Below are positions 12,166 through 25,074 of a stretch of 64,000 nt of DNA, piece after piece. The position numbers and the translations under genes were made by a program. The notes under the pieces were generated by a model that searched no databases, had not been told where the DNA came from, and saw nothing but the letters and a program-made list of their open reading frames with translations. Numbering within the stretch: position 1 is the first letter of the stretch; every line of letters starts with the position of its first letter. Source of the stretch: Mobula hypostoma (Eukaryota); NCBI RefSeq assembly GCF_963921235.1, contig NC_086118.1, positions 28,398,001 through 28,462,000 of the forward strand. The letters run 5' to 3'.

Positions 12166-14239
12166 TACTTTTAACATTCATCCTATCTATTCTCCTCATG
12201 ATTATATGCACCTCCTAAGATCACCTATCAATCTCCTACTCTCCAGGGATATTATTCAGCTATTTTAGAATATAAAAAATTCTTACTTTGGTATTCCATA
12301 CTTCCATCTTTCAATATTTTCTTCTGGAATGTTTAGAGTACCATTTGGCAACTTTGAGAACTACAGTTTATTTTGTTATTCACCCTTCCTTTTATGACCA
12401 CATTTGTTGGGCTGTTTTTTCCCCTCAGCTAATGTTTTCATTTTAATCACTTTTAATTGAACTATGAGATTAAATTTTGCTAAATGTATGAGGTACTTTT
12501 GCTAAGTGCTTCCCATATTGCTATACACATTAATTGGATAACTATCTTCTATTTTCTCTGTTGACTTAAGTATAAAAAACACTCAAGTTAGTCAAAAGTG
12601 ATCTTTCTGCTTCTATATTTTCAAATTTAATGCATTATCATGTACTCTCCTTAAATATCCCCTCCTATCTATCCTCCAATGGATCCTCATCTCTCAAAAT
12701 GTCCTCACTACCAATTGGCGACTGTGTCATTAGTTAATGATTGAATTATTCCTCGTTTTTTGAACATGACTGTCAATTTTGTAAGTTTTTCATCTGTATC
12801 TATTTTTAGTCTTTCCAGATCTCTTCATGCTCATAATCACAATGTGGTAACGTAAGATAAAAGTAAGGCATTTAAGAATTTGTAAAGATAACGTTGAATT
12901 GCATTATAAAACCCTTCAAAAGTGGTATATCGTCAAGAAATACAAGTAGTTTTCTCCTTTGTGTTATCATTATCTGAGGTGATTTATAATAAAGTTGCAT
13001 ATTCTGTTTCTGTGAAGAATATTGCTGTAATGCCAACAGCTTGGAAAATATGATTTTCTAAACATTTTTCATTTCCCCCTTTTTAAGTTGCCTCAATCAC
13101 AGAAAAGCCCATTCATTGTTGGTTTCTTCATTTTGCCGCTTGTCAGTCATATCAGCCTTCCCATCTTCATTCTGTGTTCACCCCTGTAAGAAAGCTCTCT
13201 GCAATGAGGCATAGAGAATGGGTAGCTAGAGACTTTTTCCCAGGGCAGAAATGACTGATACAAGAGGGGGATAATTTTAATGAGATTAGATGAAAGTATA
13301 TGGTGGGGGTGTCAGAGGTAAGTTCTTTACACAGAGTGGTAGAAGTGAGGAAAATATGCTTACACCATTCTTGACTCCAGCAACAATTGTGAGGAGCTCA
13401 TGAGGTAGTTGACAAAGTTTTGGCCTCTTTCAATCCTTTCCAATGATTTGGGCCAAATTTCCTATGTTTCCTCATCTCCACCATTCCCTGTTCTAAGTTT
13501 GTATCTTTCCCTTGCTCCTGTGTTTTCTGTGAAGGTGATTTGTCCATGAACTCCGCTATCTGTTCCAATCCAATAACTGGTGCTGTGTTTGCTGATATTG
13601 CTAATAGTCCTGTCTCCTTGGTTACTTTCCAGTTTTAAATCAGTTATTACTCTCTCAAAATGGTCTTCCTAACTCTCCTTCCCAAACCACCAAAACTCCT
13701 CTACTCTTCACGTGAACCCAATGTATTCTCAACTTCATCTTTAGATTAGCCTGTGCCATATTTTGACCACTTTTGACCACACTTCCAAACCTGCTGCAAA
13801 ATGGCCTCGTTTCAAATGGTATCTTTTGTTTTGCTTGTGAACTGTATTGGTATGGTTTTGAAACTTTCAGATAACATTGCTTTTCAAACAACAATGGAAG
13901 AGCAATTTTAACATGAATTATTTCCAACAGCCCAAGAGTTAAATTAACAAGAAGAGTGGATTGTTGACATTAAAATGATGCAATACTGTTGGCTGAAAAC
14001 TTGTCACATCGGTAGAGTTCCAGCTATTCAGATTTGGTTCATTTTCTAAAGACCTAAATGACCTTTTATGTGAATATCAAAGTATGTTGTTAGACAGAAG
14101 TGACTATTATCTGGTTATTATCTAAATGTAATTTTTCCTTAAAAGATCTGCCGTTACTCTAAATTCTGTGCTGTTTTATTTCCATATGTTTAAGGCCTGC
14201 AAGTCTATCTTATCCTGCAGTCAAGATATTAAGTAGCAT

Positions 14240-14885
14240 ATTACATAGAAATATAGAAACATAGAAAATAGGTGCAGCAGTAGGCCATTCAGTATGATCA
14301 TGGCTGATCATCCAACCCAGAACCCTGTACCAGCCTTCCCTCCATACCCCCGATCCCTTTAGCCACAAGGGCCATATCTAACTCCCTCTTAAATATAACC
14401 AATGAACTGGCCTCAACTGTTTCCTGTGGCAGAGAATTCCACAGATCCACCACTCTCTGTGTGAAGAAGTTTTTCCTCATCTCGGTCCTAAAAGGCTTCC
14501 CCTTTATCCTCAAGCTGTGACCCCTCGTTCTGGACTTCCCCAACATCGGGAACAATCTTCCTGCATCTAACCTGTCCAATCTCTTTAGGATTTTATACGT
14601 TTCAATAAGATCCCCCCTCAATCTTCTAAATTCCAAGTATAAGCCTAGTTCATCCAGTCTTTCATCATATTAAAGTCCTGCTATCCCAGGAATCAGTCTG
14701 GTGAACCTTCTTTGTACTCCCTCTATGGCAAGGATGTCTTTCCTCAGATTAGGGGACCAAAACTGCACACAATACTCCAGGTGTGGTCTCACCAAGGCCT
14801 TGTACAACTGCAGTAGTACCTCCCTGCTCCTGTACTCGAATCCTCTCGCTATAAATGCCAGCATACCATTCGCCTTTTTCACCGC
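14240..14885 (-). mobile_element. CR1 LINE 3' end, little degraded
   Basis: ORFs 14670-14882 and 14298-14636: KKANGMLAFIARG, LYKALVRPHLEYCVQFWSP, RTRGHSL, FFTQRVVDLWNSLP; TTTCTATG-type tail. Confidence 0.92.
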
Positions 14886-15942
14886 AAATTTGGTAGCAGA
14901 TTGGAGGTCTATATCGTATTGTAATAATTATAGAATTTGCATTATTAAACTTGCACTTTGCAAAAAGTTAAAACCAAGAAGCCAATGTACTTGGTTTTGG
15001 GTGTTCATACTGTTCAAGAAGTTATGTCAGAAAGTTGTTAAATTTTCAAATTGTCCATTTGAGAATTAGGCTACAAATATGTAATGGAAGTCACTGGTAT
15101 AAGTCCTGAACATTATTTATACCAAATTAACTTACTAAATGCATCACTGATAATTTTAATGATTCTGCAGTAAAGCCAATTGTAAAATAGGGAACATGGG
15201 ATAACTGGTTGATGTTTGCTGGAATAGCTCCAAAATAGCCACCTCAGGGAGTCTCACTACCTGATAGAAATAGTGATGGCCTTTCTTACCTCTGGTATGT
15301 GTTGCTTCAAGCTCAGACTCCAAGCTTGTACAGGGTGGGCGACGTGCCAGCTGCAACTCAACATGACTGGTATTTTTATAGGAGGTTCATGATTTGGATA
15401 TGTTGGAACATTTCTCTAAATTGCAATGAAAATGGATGCCAATGCTGGCAGTGGTTACTGCGAGCATAATCAACTTAATAGGTGCTGTAGAAAGCCCTTA
15501 AGGAGAATTATTAGGAAACTAATTCTAGAGAGTGGGGCCTTAGCTGCTAAAAATGGTGACAAAAATGTAGAGGTTGGGACAGGATTTTCATTATTAGGAC
15601 TATGCATACAGCTAAAAGTGACTTCAGATACAAGGTGAGCTTCAAGATCACCTAATACAGTCATAAAATGAAGAATCAGAAGGACAACACTCGATTTTGC
15701 ACTGCAAGGAAAGTTGTGATAGTTTCCAAATGACACAAAGACTGATGAGAGTTGTGGATTGTAAGGTTGTCAAAGAATTCAGGATATAGACTACTTGGAA
15801 TTGTGGGCAGAGAAGTAGCAAATGGTATTTAATCCAGGCAAGTTCAAGCCGTCATTTCTTTAGTGATTCATTAGAAGCATGGTTTGCATATACCATCGTG
15901 CAGCAGAAATTAAATAGTGATGAAGTTCTAACAGGAACCTAA

Positions 15943-16638
15943 CTGGAGAGAAGAGGGGAGGAGAAGAAGGCAGCGCGACGCAGCACATGTGGCTGCTCTG
16001 AATTGATATCGTACTTGTCAAGTAGGGTGCCGTGCACAATCCTGATTTGATGGAGACAGCCATGAGAAGCACGGAGGAACATCTGGAGAAACTTCTGAAA
16101 TGCCCGCTTCGCTGCCGCTGCTACTGTGCGATCGAGAATCTCCGGAGGGGAAGGCCCCAAATCTTCGGCTTTGCCTATTACCTGTTACCGGGGCCGGGGT
16201 CGAAGCGCTCGGCAGAGATGGTGCTCGGTGCTCGGTGCCGGAGAGCTGGTCGGATGCTCGAAGTTTTCTGACGGACTCAGAGTTGGCTGTGGTTGGGTGC
16301 TTCCAGGATGCTGCATCGGTAAGTTTGCAGCGCTGGAAGCTCACGGCAGGGTTTTCTTCCTTCAACCGTCTCCGTGAGATGATGGGACTTTCGAGAGACT
16401 TTGGGACGTTTTTTTACTGTGCCTATGGTCTGTTCTTCTATCAACTTACGATATTGCTTGCACTGTTATAACTATATGTTATAATTATGTGGTTTTTATC
16501 AGGTTTTTTTTAGTCTTGGTTTGTCTTGTCTTTCTGTGATACCATTCTGGAAGAACAAATTGTATCATTTCTTAATGCATGCATTACTAAATGACAATAA
16601 AAGAGGACTGTGTGTCCTCATAATCTAATCTAATCTAA
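15943..16638 (+). mobile_element. CpG-rich non-autonomous retroelement (SINE-like or internally deleted LINE) with (AATCT)n tail
   Basis: GC/CpG-rich body in AT-rich flanks. Ends AAATGACAATAAAA-GAGGAC tgtgt GTCCTC-ATAATCTAATCTAATCTAA, with CTAA at both junctions. No recognisable protein. Confidence 0.7.
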
Positions 16639-17145
16639 TGTCCATGGTTTCAGTTGCCAGATAAAACACATATGTAACCTTAACACTACACAAAACTCTG
16701 ATGTCCGATGAGAATGGTATCAACACACAAAATGGAATCTATCCAAAAGCTCGATCAGACCCCAAAAAACTTGGTATTGAAACAGTTTATGAACAGACAT
16801 TGAAAGAATGCTTAAAACTTCACCTGAATACAGAAAAGGCACTGAAAGTATTCAGTAGTTATCACAATGTTGTTTTATTGCCTCCTTGAGAGGGTAATTT
16901 GAGAGAAAAGCATTCGGCTGAACTTCATCCTGAACATTGTGGGAATATCAATATGAACATAATGAGTTTGCTTACCTTATTTGTTTGGAGATCTTGAATC
17001 ATTAGAGACCAGGCTCAGAATATGGAAAATCTGCAGGTACAACTCAAGAAAATGGTCTTTATAGTGAAGACATGACCATGTTTTCAGTGTATATAGACTT
17101 TTGTTTAAAAAAAAGGAATGACAATAATGTAATGAATAATAATTT

Positions 17146-17410
17146 GGGGCGGCACAGTAATGAGGTGATTACTATAACGATTTACAGTACAGGCGACCCA
17201 GGTTCAATTCCCACCACTGCCTGTTAGGAGCTTGTACAATAACCCAGTGACCACATGGGTTTCCTCCTACGGTCCAGAGCTGGACGGGCTGGTAGGTTAG
17301 TTATCATTGTAAAGAATCCCAATAATTAGGCTAGGATTAAATCAGGGGATTGCTGGATGGTGTGGATCGAAGGCCAAAAGGGCCTGTTCTGCACTGTATT
17401 TTTTTTAAAA
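17146..17410 (+). mobile_element. tRNA-derived SINE (V-SINE/HE1-like)
   Basis: GGGCGGCACAGT head, B box GGTTCAATTCC (17201-17211), conserved body (TGTAA..TCCC..GATTAGG) and GGGCCTGTTCTG tail; several copies in the window. Confidence 0.75.
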
Positions 17411-17799
17411 ATTACTCAAAATGGATTGAACTGGAGCACCACAAAATGTATGAAATGCAAGCCAGTTTTATGGGATTAGCTAACTTCAGACTTTTGTTCA
17501 CATCCTTTAAGAATTGGGATGATGTCAGACATATTCCATCATGTATTCTGGCTTTATGTAGAGCAGGTAAGAGTTTGGTTGTAAATTAGAGCTCTCAGGA
17601 ACCACTATTTACAGGGTTACTTAAGCTCGGCATGAAGCATCTCTTGCTTAACCACTCTGCCACAGGTATACACCTCAAGAAAATATTGAGAACACACTTA
17701 AGCTTTGTTGAAATGAATTTGGCTTTAGAGTTGAACAGAGCAATTAAGTCAGTAATGTCATTTATGACAGGAATCAGAAGGAGCACAGTTTAAACTACA

Positions 17800-18190
17800 A
17801 TGAGTGTGTGGTGTGGAGGTAGGGACTATTTACACAATGAAGTGATCCTTTGATTTGGGTGATGTATCAATTGCATGATCTCTGCTAACTAATAACCCAG
17901 GGACCCAAGTTTAAATCCCACCGAGGTAACTGTGGATGTGAACTTTAAGTTTAGTTAACTGGTTTTGTTTTACATGTTGGTTTTGTTATCAGCACCATTC
18001 AGTAATCTGTCGGCTTGTTGTATAAGCTTAGCTTCTTCACTAACACCCAACAGACTTCATCTGCTATCCTTACCCAATTTGACTTATGTTTAATTCCATA
18101 CCGAAATCATGTGATTGGCATTTAATTACCCACCAGAATGCCAAATAAACTTTTCATTTCAAAGGCCAATGAATGCAGGCCTGTTTGAAT
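17800..18190 (+). mobile_element. Old SINE, Deu-domain/SacSINE1-like (tentative)
   Basis: B-box-like GACCCAAGTTTAAATCCCACC; body with GTCGGCTTGTTGT and CTGCTATCCTTACCC; tail GGCCAATGAATGCAGGCC. Highly degenerate. Confidence 0.4.
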
Positions 18191-18199
18191 CCTCAATAA

Positions 18200-19400
18200 A
18201 GGATAACAAAGACTCTAGTGTTGATGAACCTTAGAGTGTCTGCTTCAGGAGTCTTTTGTGGGATGTATGAATGATTTGGCCAGTCCGTAGGAGTTACCTT
18301 ACAGCCTCGTTGCTGTGATATAGCGAGACTCTGTATTTTGCTTGTATCTCTGGTGGACTTGGATGTTTGCAGAAAATATATTGAAGGTGCCCTGTCCAAT
18401 GCTTCGTGATGCCTACAATAGGTTGTAATCCATTTTTCTGCATCACTAGCAGGGTGAACATCTCTGCTGCCTGGTATACCTATACTTTAAACTAGGGCTG
18501 AGCTCCTGATCTTGGAGCATCCTTTTCCTTAGAAGAGTTGAGGAGCTGGCGCTCTAAAGATGATGGTGAATTTCATTGCTAATGTTTGTCGTCACTGAGA
18601 GGTCATTACACTTTTAGAGAATTTTTTTTTGGACCTTAATTTGTTCGGACAGTATTGCATATAGACATGGCTAATAAGGACTCTTTGTTTTGTAGATGTT
18701 TAGTATAAGGCTTATTCTCTTCTACACTTCAGTGAAGAAGTCTATGAATGTGCATGCACATAACTGTCACTTGTATGAAATTCACTCTGGAGTGACCTTA
18801 CTTCCAGAGCAGAGGTAACCCAGGTTGAACAGTTTCCATTTCTTCCCATGGGTACGTCCACTGTGATTGTGTCTATGATAAATTCATTGGTAATTCATTA
18901 GACCCATGGTTTGCACGTCATCATGCAGCAGATGTCAAATGGAGATAAATTTCCAACAACAACCCAACTTGAGAGGGGTTCTCCATGGTCTCAGTTGTTG
19001 GAAATAAAAAAAAAATTGTGGCCTAAAAATATTCATATATCTGGTGCTGCTGTTCCCTGCACTCCTCTTGCAGTTGATGCTTAATGCATATAGTGTCTGT
19101 TGCACTTCTGTGGATGAATTTATTCCACAATTTGATTCAGAGATCAACTCCTCAGCCAATGAGAGAAGTTGTTGGAGAGAACCCTGACAATGGTCTTTCC
19201 TTTAGTAGGCAGTCAGGAGAATCCTCTGCAACCTGCTTTGTCTCCTATTTTGAAAGAGTAAGAAAATGACAAGCCACCACCTCAATTGGCTTGCCATTCT
19301 CCTCCTTGATGTAGGAGAAGAGAATGTGTCTTTATGTCTGAACCTTAAAGAGAATACCATCTTCAGAAGCTTTGTTTGTCAGTTGACATGAATGTATCTT
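18200..19400 (-). mobile_element. Ancient RTE-clade LINE fragment
   Basis: KTIVRVLSNN..AEELISESNCG, SSTRYMNIF, GCCWKFISI..LHDDVQ resemble the RTE RT motifs EELLPESQCG, RSTxDMIF, GCPxKF..LHDDM. Confidence 0.6.
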
Positions 19401-20364
19401 TAAGAATGGAACATTTACCTATTTATCTATTTGTACTGTGATCCTATTTGGCTTCTTTACAAGGTGTCATTGTTTGCACAAATATATTAAAGCTAAACAT
19501 GTAATACAAGCTGACATCTTTGAAAAACAGCATGTGTTTATATATACAATGTTTTTTGAAGTTTAAGCCCAGGGCCTGATTTCCTACAATCTTTCTGTTC
19601 TATCCTATCATGAAATAGAATCAACGATGTTACAATTTCCTGAAATTCTCCTTGTTTCTCTATTAAAGCTTCCAACGGCTTGTTGTTACGTAAGGAGAAT
19701 CAGCTGTACAACAATCAATATAATTTTTAAAGCAAGATTTACCTGTTGCTTACACATCTGAGAAAGAACACAAATCACTTCCTTTCAATCTAGTCACTGC
19801 AAATCTGGGATTTTCCTCACCAACATTCAAATTCTGCCACCGAGATTGATCAGATAATCTGTATTTTTGTGAAATTGAATGTGTGTAGAATGCTGAGTGA
19901 GAGAAACTTAATGAAATGTCTCATTTGAAAGAATTAAGACATGAATATTAAGTTGTTAGCTGACCACTAACCTATTTCATCCTCTGGAAGCTAAAGCAGC
20001 AAAGTTTTTTTCCATGTTATTTTCAGTTTTCTTCATTATCAAGATTACCGATTTAATGTACTATGATATGTATTAAAAACTATCCAGCTTGCCTGTAGTC
20101 AAGTCTACCCACTACACTACAGAACAATAATTGATAGTTGGAACTTCTTCACAAGTGGATAAGAGTGTGTTTAAGTAAACAATGTTAACACCATTCAACC
20201 ACTATACAAGTTGTCACCTTCATTCTGCATGTGTGACCTGATATTTTAGTACTGATTTCCCTGGTTACATACAGCCAAGGAAAACATCAAATTTATGTCT
20301 ACCCTGTTAACCCTATTTCAATAAAATAATTTCTTGCTCTTTTTTTTAAACTTGAGTGTTGGGG

Positions 20365-22245
20365 GAATATGGTCGTGTAGCAGTTAGCACAAAGCTATCA
20401 AAGTGTGGGGCATCAGAGTTCAGAGTTCAATTCTGGTGCCGTCTGTGAGGAGTTTATACGTTCTACCCATGACCACAAGGTTTCGCCAAGTGCTCCGGAC
20501 TCCTCCCACAGTATTAAGACTTACAGATTAGTAGGTTATTTGGTCCTTGTAAATTGCCCTGTGATTAGGTGAGAGTTACAGTGTCTATAAAAAGTGTTCA
20601 CCCCCCCACCCCCCAGAAGTTTTCATGTTTTATTATTTTACAACATTGAATCATAGTGGATCTAATTAGGCTTTTTTTGACAATGATCAACAGAAAAAGA
20701 CACTTCCGTGTCAAAGTAAAAACAGATGTCTACAAAGTGATCTAAATTAATTACAAATATTAAACAATTAAGTATTCACTCCCTTTAATATGACACACCA
20801 AATCGCCACTGGTGCAGCCTATTGGTTTTAGAAATCACATAATTAGTTAAATGACAATCACCTATGTGCAGTCAAGTTGTTTCAATTGATTGTGGTAAAA
20901 TTACACCTGTATCTAGAAGGTGCAACTGCTGGTGAGTCAGTATTCTGGCAAAAACTACACCATGAACACTCCAAGCAACTCCATGAAAAGGTTAGGAAAA
21001 GCATGCTAGGAGATGAATACAAGAAAATTTCCAAGTCAATGAATAGTCATTGGAGTACAGTTAAGTCTATCATCAAGAAATGGAAAGAATATGGCACAGT
21101 TGTAAATCTGCCTAGAGCAGGCCATCCTCTAAAACTGAGTGACCATGTAAGAAAGGGACTAGTGAGGGAGGCCACCAAGAGACATATGACAACTCTGGAG
21201 GAGTCACAAGCTTCAGTGGCTGAAATGGGAGAGACTGCAGACAACAACTGTTGCCCGGGTGCTTCACCAGTCACAGTTTTATGGGAGAGTGGCAAAAGGA
21301 AAGCCACTGTCGGGGAAAAAAAAAACTCCCATAAAATTTTGGCTAGAGTTTGCCAGAAGGCATGTAGGAGATTCTGAAGTCAGCTGGAAGAAGGTTCTAT
21401 GGTCTGATGAAATGAAAATTGAGCTTTCTGGCCATCAGATTAAATGCATAAGCCATGCACCGCACGTCATCAAAAACACACTATTCCTACCATGAGTCGT
21501 GGTGGTAACTGCATCATGCTGTGGATAAGCTTCACTGTAGTAGGCCCTGGAATGCTTGCGAAGGTAGAGAGTAAAATGAATGCTGCGGAATACAGAGAAA
21601 TCCTGGAGGAAAACCTGATCTAGTCTGCAAAGGAGCTGTGTCTTGGGGGAAGATGTGTTTTCCAGCAGGACAATGACCCCAAGTATAAAGCCAAAGCTAC
21701 ACAGGAACGGCTTTGACTTGGCCACTCCAGGACACTCATAGAGTCCAGACCTCAATCCAATTGAGAATTAGTGGCTAGGCTTGAAAAGGGCTGTTCACTC
21801 ATGATCCCCATGCAGTCCGATGGAGCTTGAGCAGATTTGTAAAGAAGAGTACCAAAAAAATTGCAGTGTCCAGATGTGTAATGCTGACAGTCCCCTATCC
21901 ACACAGACTCAAGGCTATAATTGCTGCCAAAGGTGCATCTACTAAATACTGACCTGAAAGGGATGAATACTTATGTAATTAATTATTTTGTGTTTTATAT
22001 TTGTAATTAGTTTAGATTACCTTGTAGAGATCTGTTTGTACTTTGACATGTAGAAGTCTTTTTCTGCTGATCAGCATCAAAAAAGCCAAATTAAATCCGT
22101 TGGGATTCAATGTTGTAAAACAATAAAGCACGGAAATGTCCAACAGGGGGTGAATTTTTTTTATAGGCACTGTAAATGGGTTGTTTGCTGGTGGTGCGGC
22201 TTGTTGGGCTGGAAGGGCCTGTTCTGTTCTGTATTAATAAGTAAA
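20365..22245 (+). mobile_element. V-SINE-like copy split by the Tc1 insertion (SINE parts 20365-20578 and 22173-22245)
   Basis: A box (GTGTAGCAGTTAG) and B box (GAGTTCAATTC) on the left; body resumes as AATGGGTTG...GGAAGGGCCTGTTCTG on the right. Confidence 0.75.
20579..22172 (+). mobile_element. Full-length Tc1 transposon (IR/DR type, long TIRs), transposase pseudogene ~20960-21950
   Basis: TA-CAGTGTCTATAAAAAGTGTTCACCCC ... GGGGTGAATTTTTTTTATAGGCACTG-TA. Roughly 200-230 bp imperfect TIRs with internal direct repeats. Motifs STVKSIIKKWK, VLWSDE, FQQDND, SPDLNPIEN. Confidence 0.95.
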
Positions 22246-23284
22246 TATTTTTTTAAAAACAATCTATTCTCACATCGTAAACCCCCCATCCTGGGAGTCA
22301 GACTGCACTAAGCGATTCAGAAAAGGCAAGTTCACCACTCCTTCATAGTTGCTCCTGATATCCTTTGTCTGCAACCTCTGTCAGCATAGTGTTACTCATT
22401 AGATAATGTGCGCAGTCTGTTCAAATTCGTACGTTAGTTTCTTCTTTCCAGGGCAGGCAGTTGATCTACCTGAGGTAGCACCCCCAACATGGTGTTCAGA
22501 TAGCCTGATTGCACTGTCGGCAATGTACTTGTACATATAAAACTTTATATGGGCACATACAAAACACTACGGTTGAAATTCCATGATAGGTACGTAACGA
22601 AGAAAATTATCCCCAATTATTAGCTCATTATTCCCTACATGGGACTCTGGAGTTCTTGTACTGATTCATTATCAATGCCTTATTCTTGCATAATGTTTGA
22701 TGCTACTGATTTGTTGCACCATTTACCCAATTTTAGTAAAATGATTTAACTTCACAGTGCTGTAATCTTTATTCCACCCTGAAGGCCACTGTAGTGCTTA
22801 TTTCTAAATGCAATAGGACTGAATTGTGTTACAGGTGCATTTTACGCACTAACTTCCAAGATTTATTATCGAACTTCCAAGGCAGTTGTTAAGGGACTGC
22901 AGCATGCTCTGTAATGTTTGCTGATAATTTTTTTCATGCCCTTGTTGATGGGAAGGCATTGTGAGTCTTGCCTCCCAGGCACTATCTGTAAATGAATGGT
23001 TTGTATTGTACAGTATTTGAAATAAACAGTTGCAACTTGTTTTTGCAAGGGATCTGTGTGGGTGTATAAGGCCATGCTTGCAGTGTCTGTGTTGCTGGCT
23101 TTGACCAACTGTTTCAGGGATTGAACCAGTGCTATCGGTTGTTTTCTACGGAAGTATGGTTGGGTGACAATAAGAGATTTTTAGCAAACTTGTTGCAGAG
23201 AGCCAGATCTAATGTTTGATGAATAACATTAAAGTTAAATCTGCTTGACATTTGAAGTTCAAAACAAGGGCGTTATTTCAATAT

Positions 23285-23297
23285 CCACTAGATGGCA
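23285..23297 (+). promoter_or_regulatory. Candidate CTCF-binding motif
   Basis: CCACTAGATGGCA matches the CTCF core consensus and lies outside any repeat I recognise; motif match only. Confidence 0.3.
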
Positions 23298-25074
23298 TTT
23301 TGACATTGCTGTTAAATTACACAGATGAGCCTTGAAGCTTTAATCCTTTCAGCAGAGCATCTGCTCACAGGAGATAAAACAATAGTTGGGCTGTCTGACA
23401 ACAGAACAATATTCTGAAATGAGAAGATTTCTAATGGAAAGAGTGGAATGCACAAATCTTCCTCAAAACTAATTCCTAGGAGATTTAAATGTTTGCTTCT
23501 GAGCCAACCTGTGGAATAATGAACCTGTAAATAAACATTTGGAACTGCCTTTTTAATTCACAGAAATATGTTTCAATAGGTACATTTAATGTCAGAAATG
23601 TACACAATATACATCCTGACATTCTTTTTCTTCGCCTTAATGTAAAAGCTAAACTGACATTTTAATATTTAAAATAACACTAAAATATTTAAGCCCCCAA
23701 ATTCCCTCTATTTCAAATTAACATTTACATGTATTAATAGGTCTATAAGAATCTGGTATTGCTACCACCAGACATCCTATTACATGCATTTATTCTACTG
23801 CTGTTCATTGAGTAATAAATTAGTTATACTTTTAGAAATGAAGAAAGATTATAACTGCAATAAAATATAAATACAACTGTTATAATGCTTCTCAGAAGTT
23901 CTATCCAACACAGAGCTTTAACAAGAATCAAAAATATTCAAATAAAACACCCCTAATGTGGACGGTACTAGTTATCTGGACGTCGTTCTCACAGATTTCT
24001 TGGGTTATAAAGCATCTGGAAACAATTTTGTGCAATTGTAGCCTTTGCCAATTTCTAAATAAGAATCATATGAAAAGAGGATAAGATATTGTTTGTGGGT
24101 GACTCTAGTCTATCTTACAGAATCTTGTAAAGTTGGATACATAAGTGAAGAATAAAAGAAACCTTAAGTATTGAGATAGATTATCTGTGAGGTAGGTGAT
24201 TTTGCATTAATTAATGAGGTAAAAGTGCAAGGATATCAATTGCTAATTTCTCCAAAGTGGTCTCTGATTTGGCATTGGTTATCTCTATAAGGGCTGGATA
24301 AATTTTAGCGATCATGGGGCTATAGGCAGACAAAGGAAGTGGGTAGAAAATGGTCACTGTTGAATGTTTTGCAGTAATACTCGAATCATATGGAACTGCG
24401 TTCACCAAGACCGTTTCCTTTTCTTGCGTGAGTGTATTCTTCTGTAAGTGAAGGTAACTTGCATTTACAAATAGTGCTGAACTGGAAGTCAGCTCTATTC
24501 TAATGCCATATTGGTCTGAAGGAATAAAATGCTGTTGGGTGAGAAGTTAAAACAAAACAGTAGAGGAAATAACTTCAGATGTCAAAACAGATGAATTATT
24601 ACATTGCCTTTAGTGCGTTAGATTCTAGGGGATATTTTAATGAACGTTTGGGTCCTGAGAACCATTCTGAGACCACACTCTACATGTTAACTAGAGTGAC
24701 AGCACATTGCATAATAATACACAGGGAACTTGGGCTGGTTTGTTCTGGATACAGCTGGCTGCCTGCACTCCCCGCCCACACCAATGTGTTTTGCATAAAA
24801 AAGGATGACCTGAGATACTGACAGCTACCTCTAGATGTTCCTGGTAGAGATACATGTCTAGTTGAAGAATTTTAAGAGCTTGTAAAAAAAAGAAGAGAGA
24901 GAATTCTAACCACACACACAGTTGAAGATGGCTGCTCAGCACCATATTCACCAGAAATGAACAATGAATGCTGGCTTTCCCTAAAATTAAAAGCAAGTTA
25001 AGGAAGGACAATCCACATACTGTAACTGAATTTTGTTTTTTAACTAGGGCAGAAATTCCCATTATTTTTCTAGA

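Noticed and set aside
15939..16471. Cluster of overlapping ORFs on both strands
   Set aside because: Expected from high GC content in the non-autonomous repeat; no recognisable domain.
16701..16889. 62-aa ATG-initiated ORF in non-repetitive-looking DNA
   Set aside because: No recognisable motif or convincing splice context; length is within chance.
17146..17215. tRNA gene
   Set aside because: The A/B boxes belong to a SINE head; no cloverleaf, and the SINE body follows.
24180..24410. Possible L2 RT remnant (KSETTLEKLAIDIL, minus strand)
   Set aside because: A single weak motif; too degraded to call.
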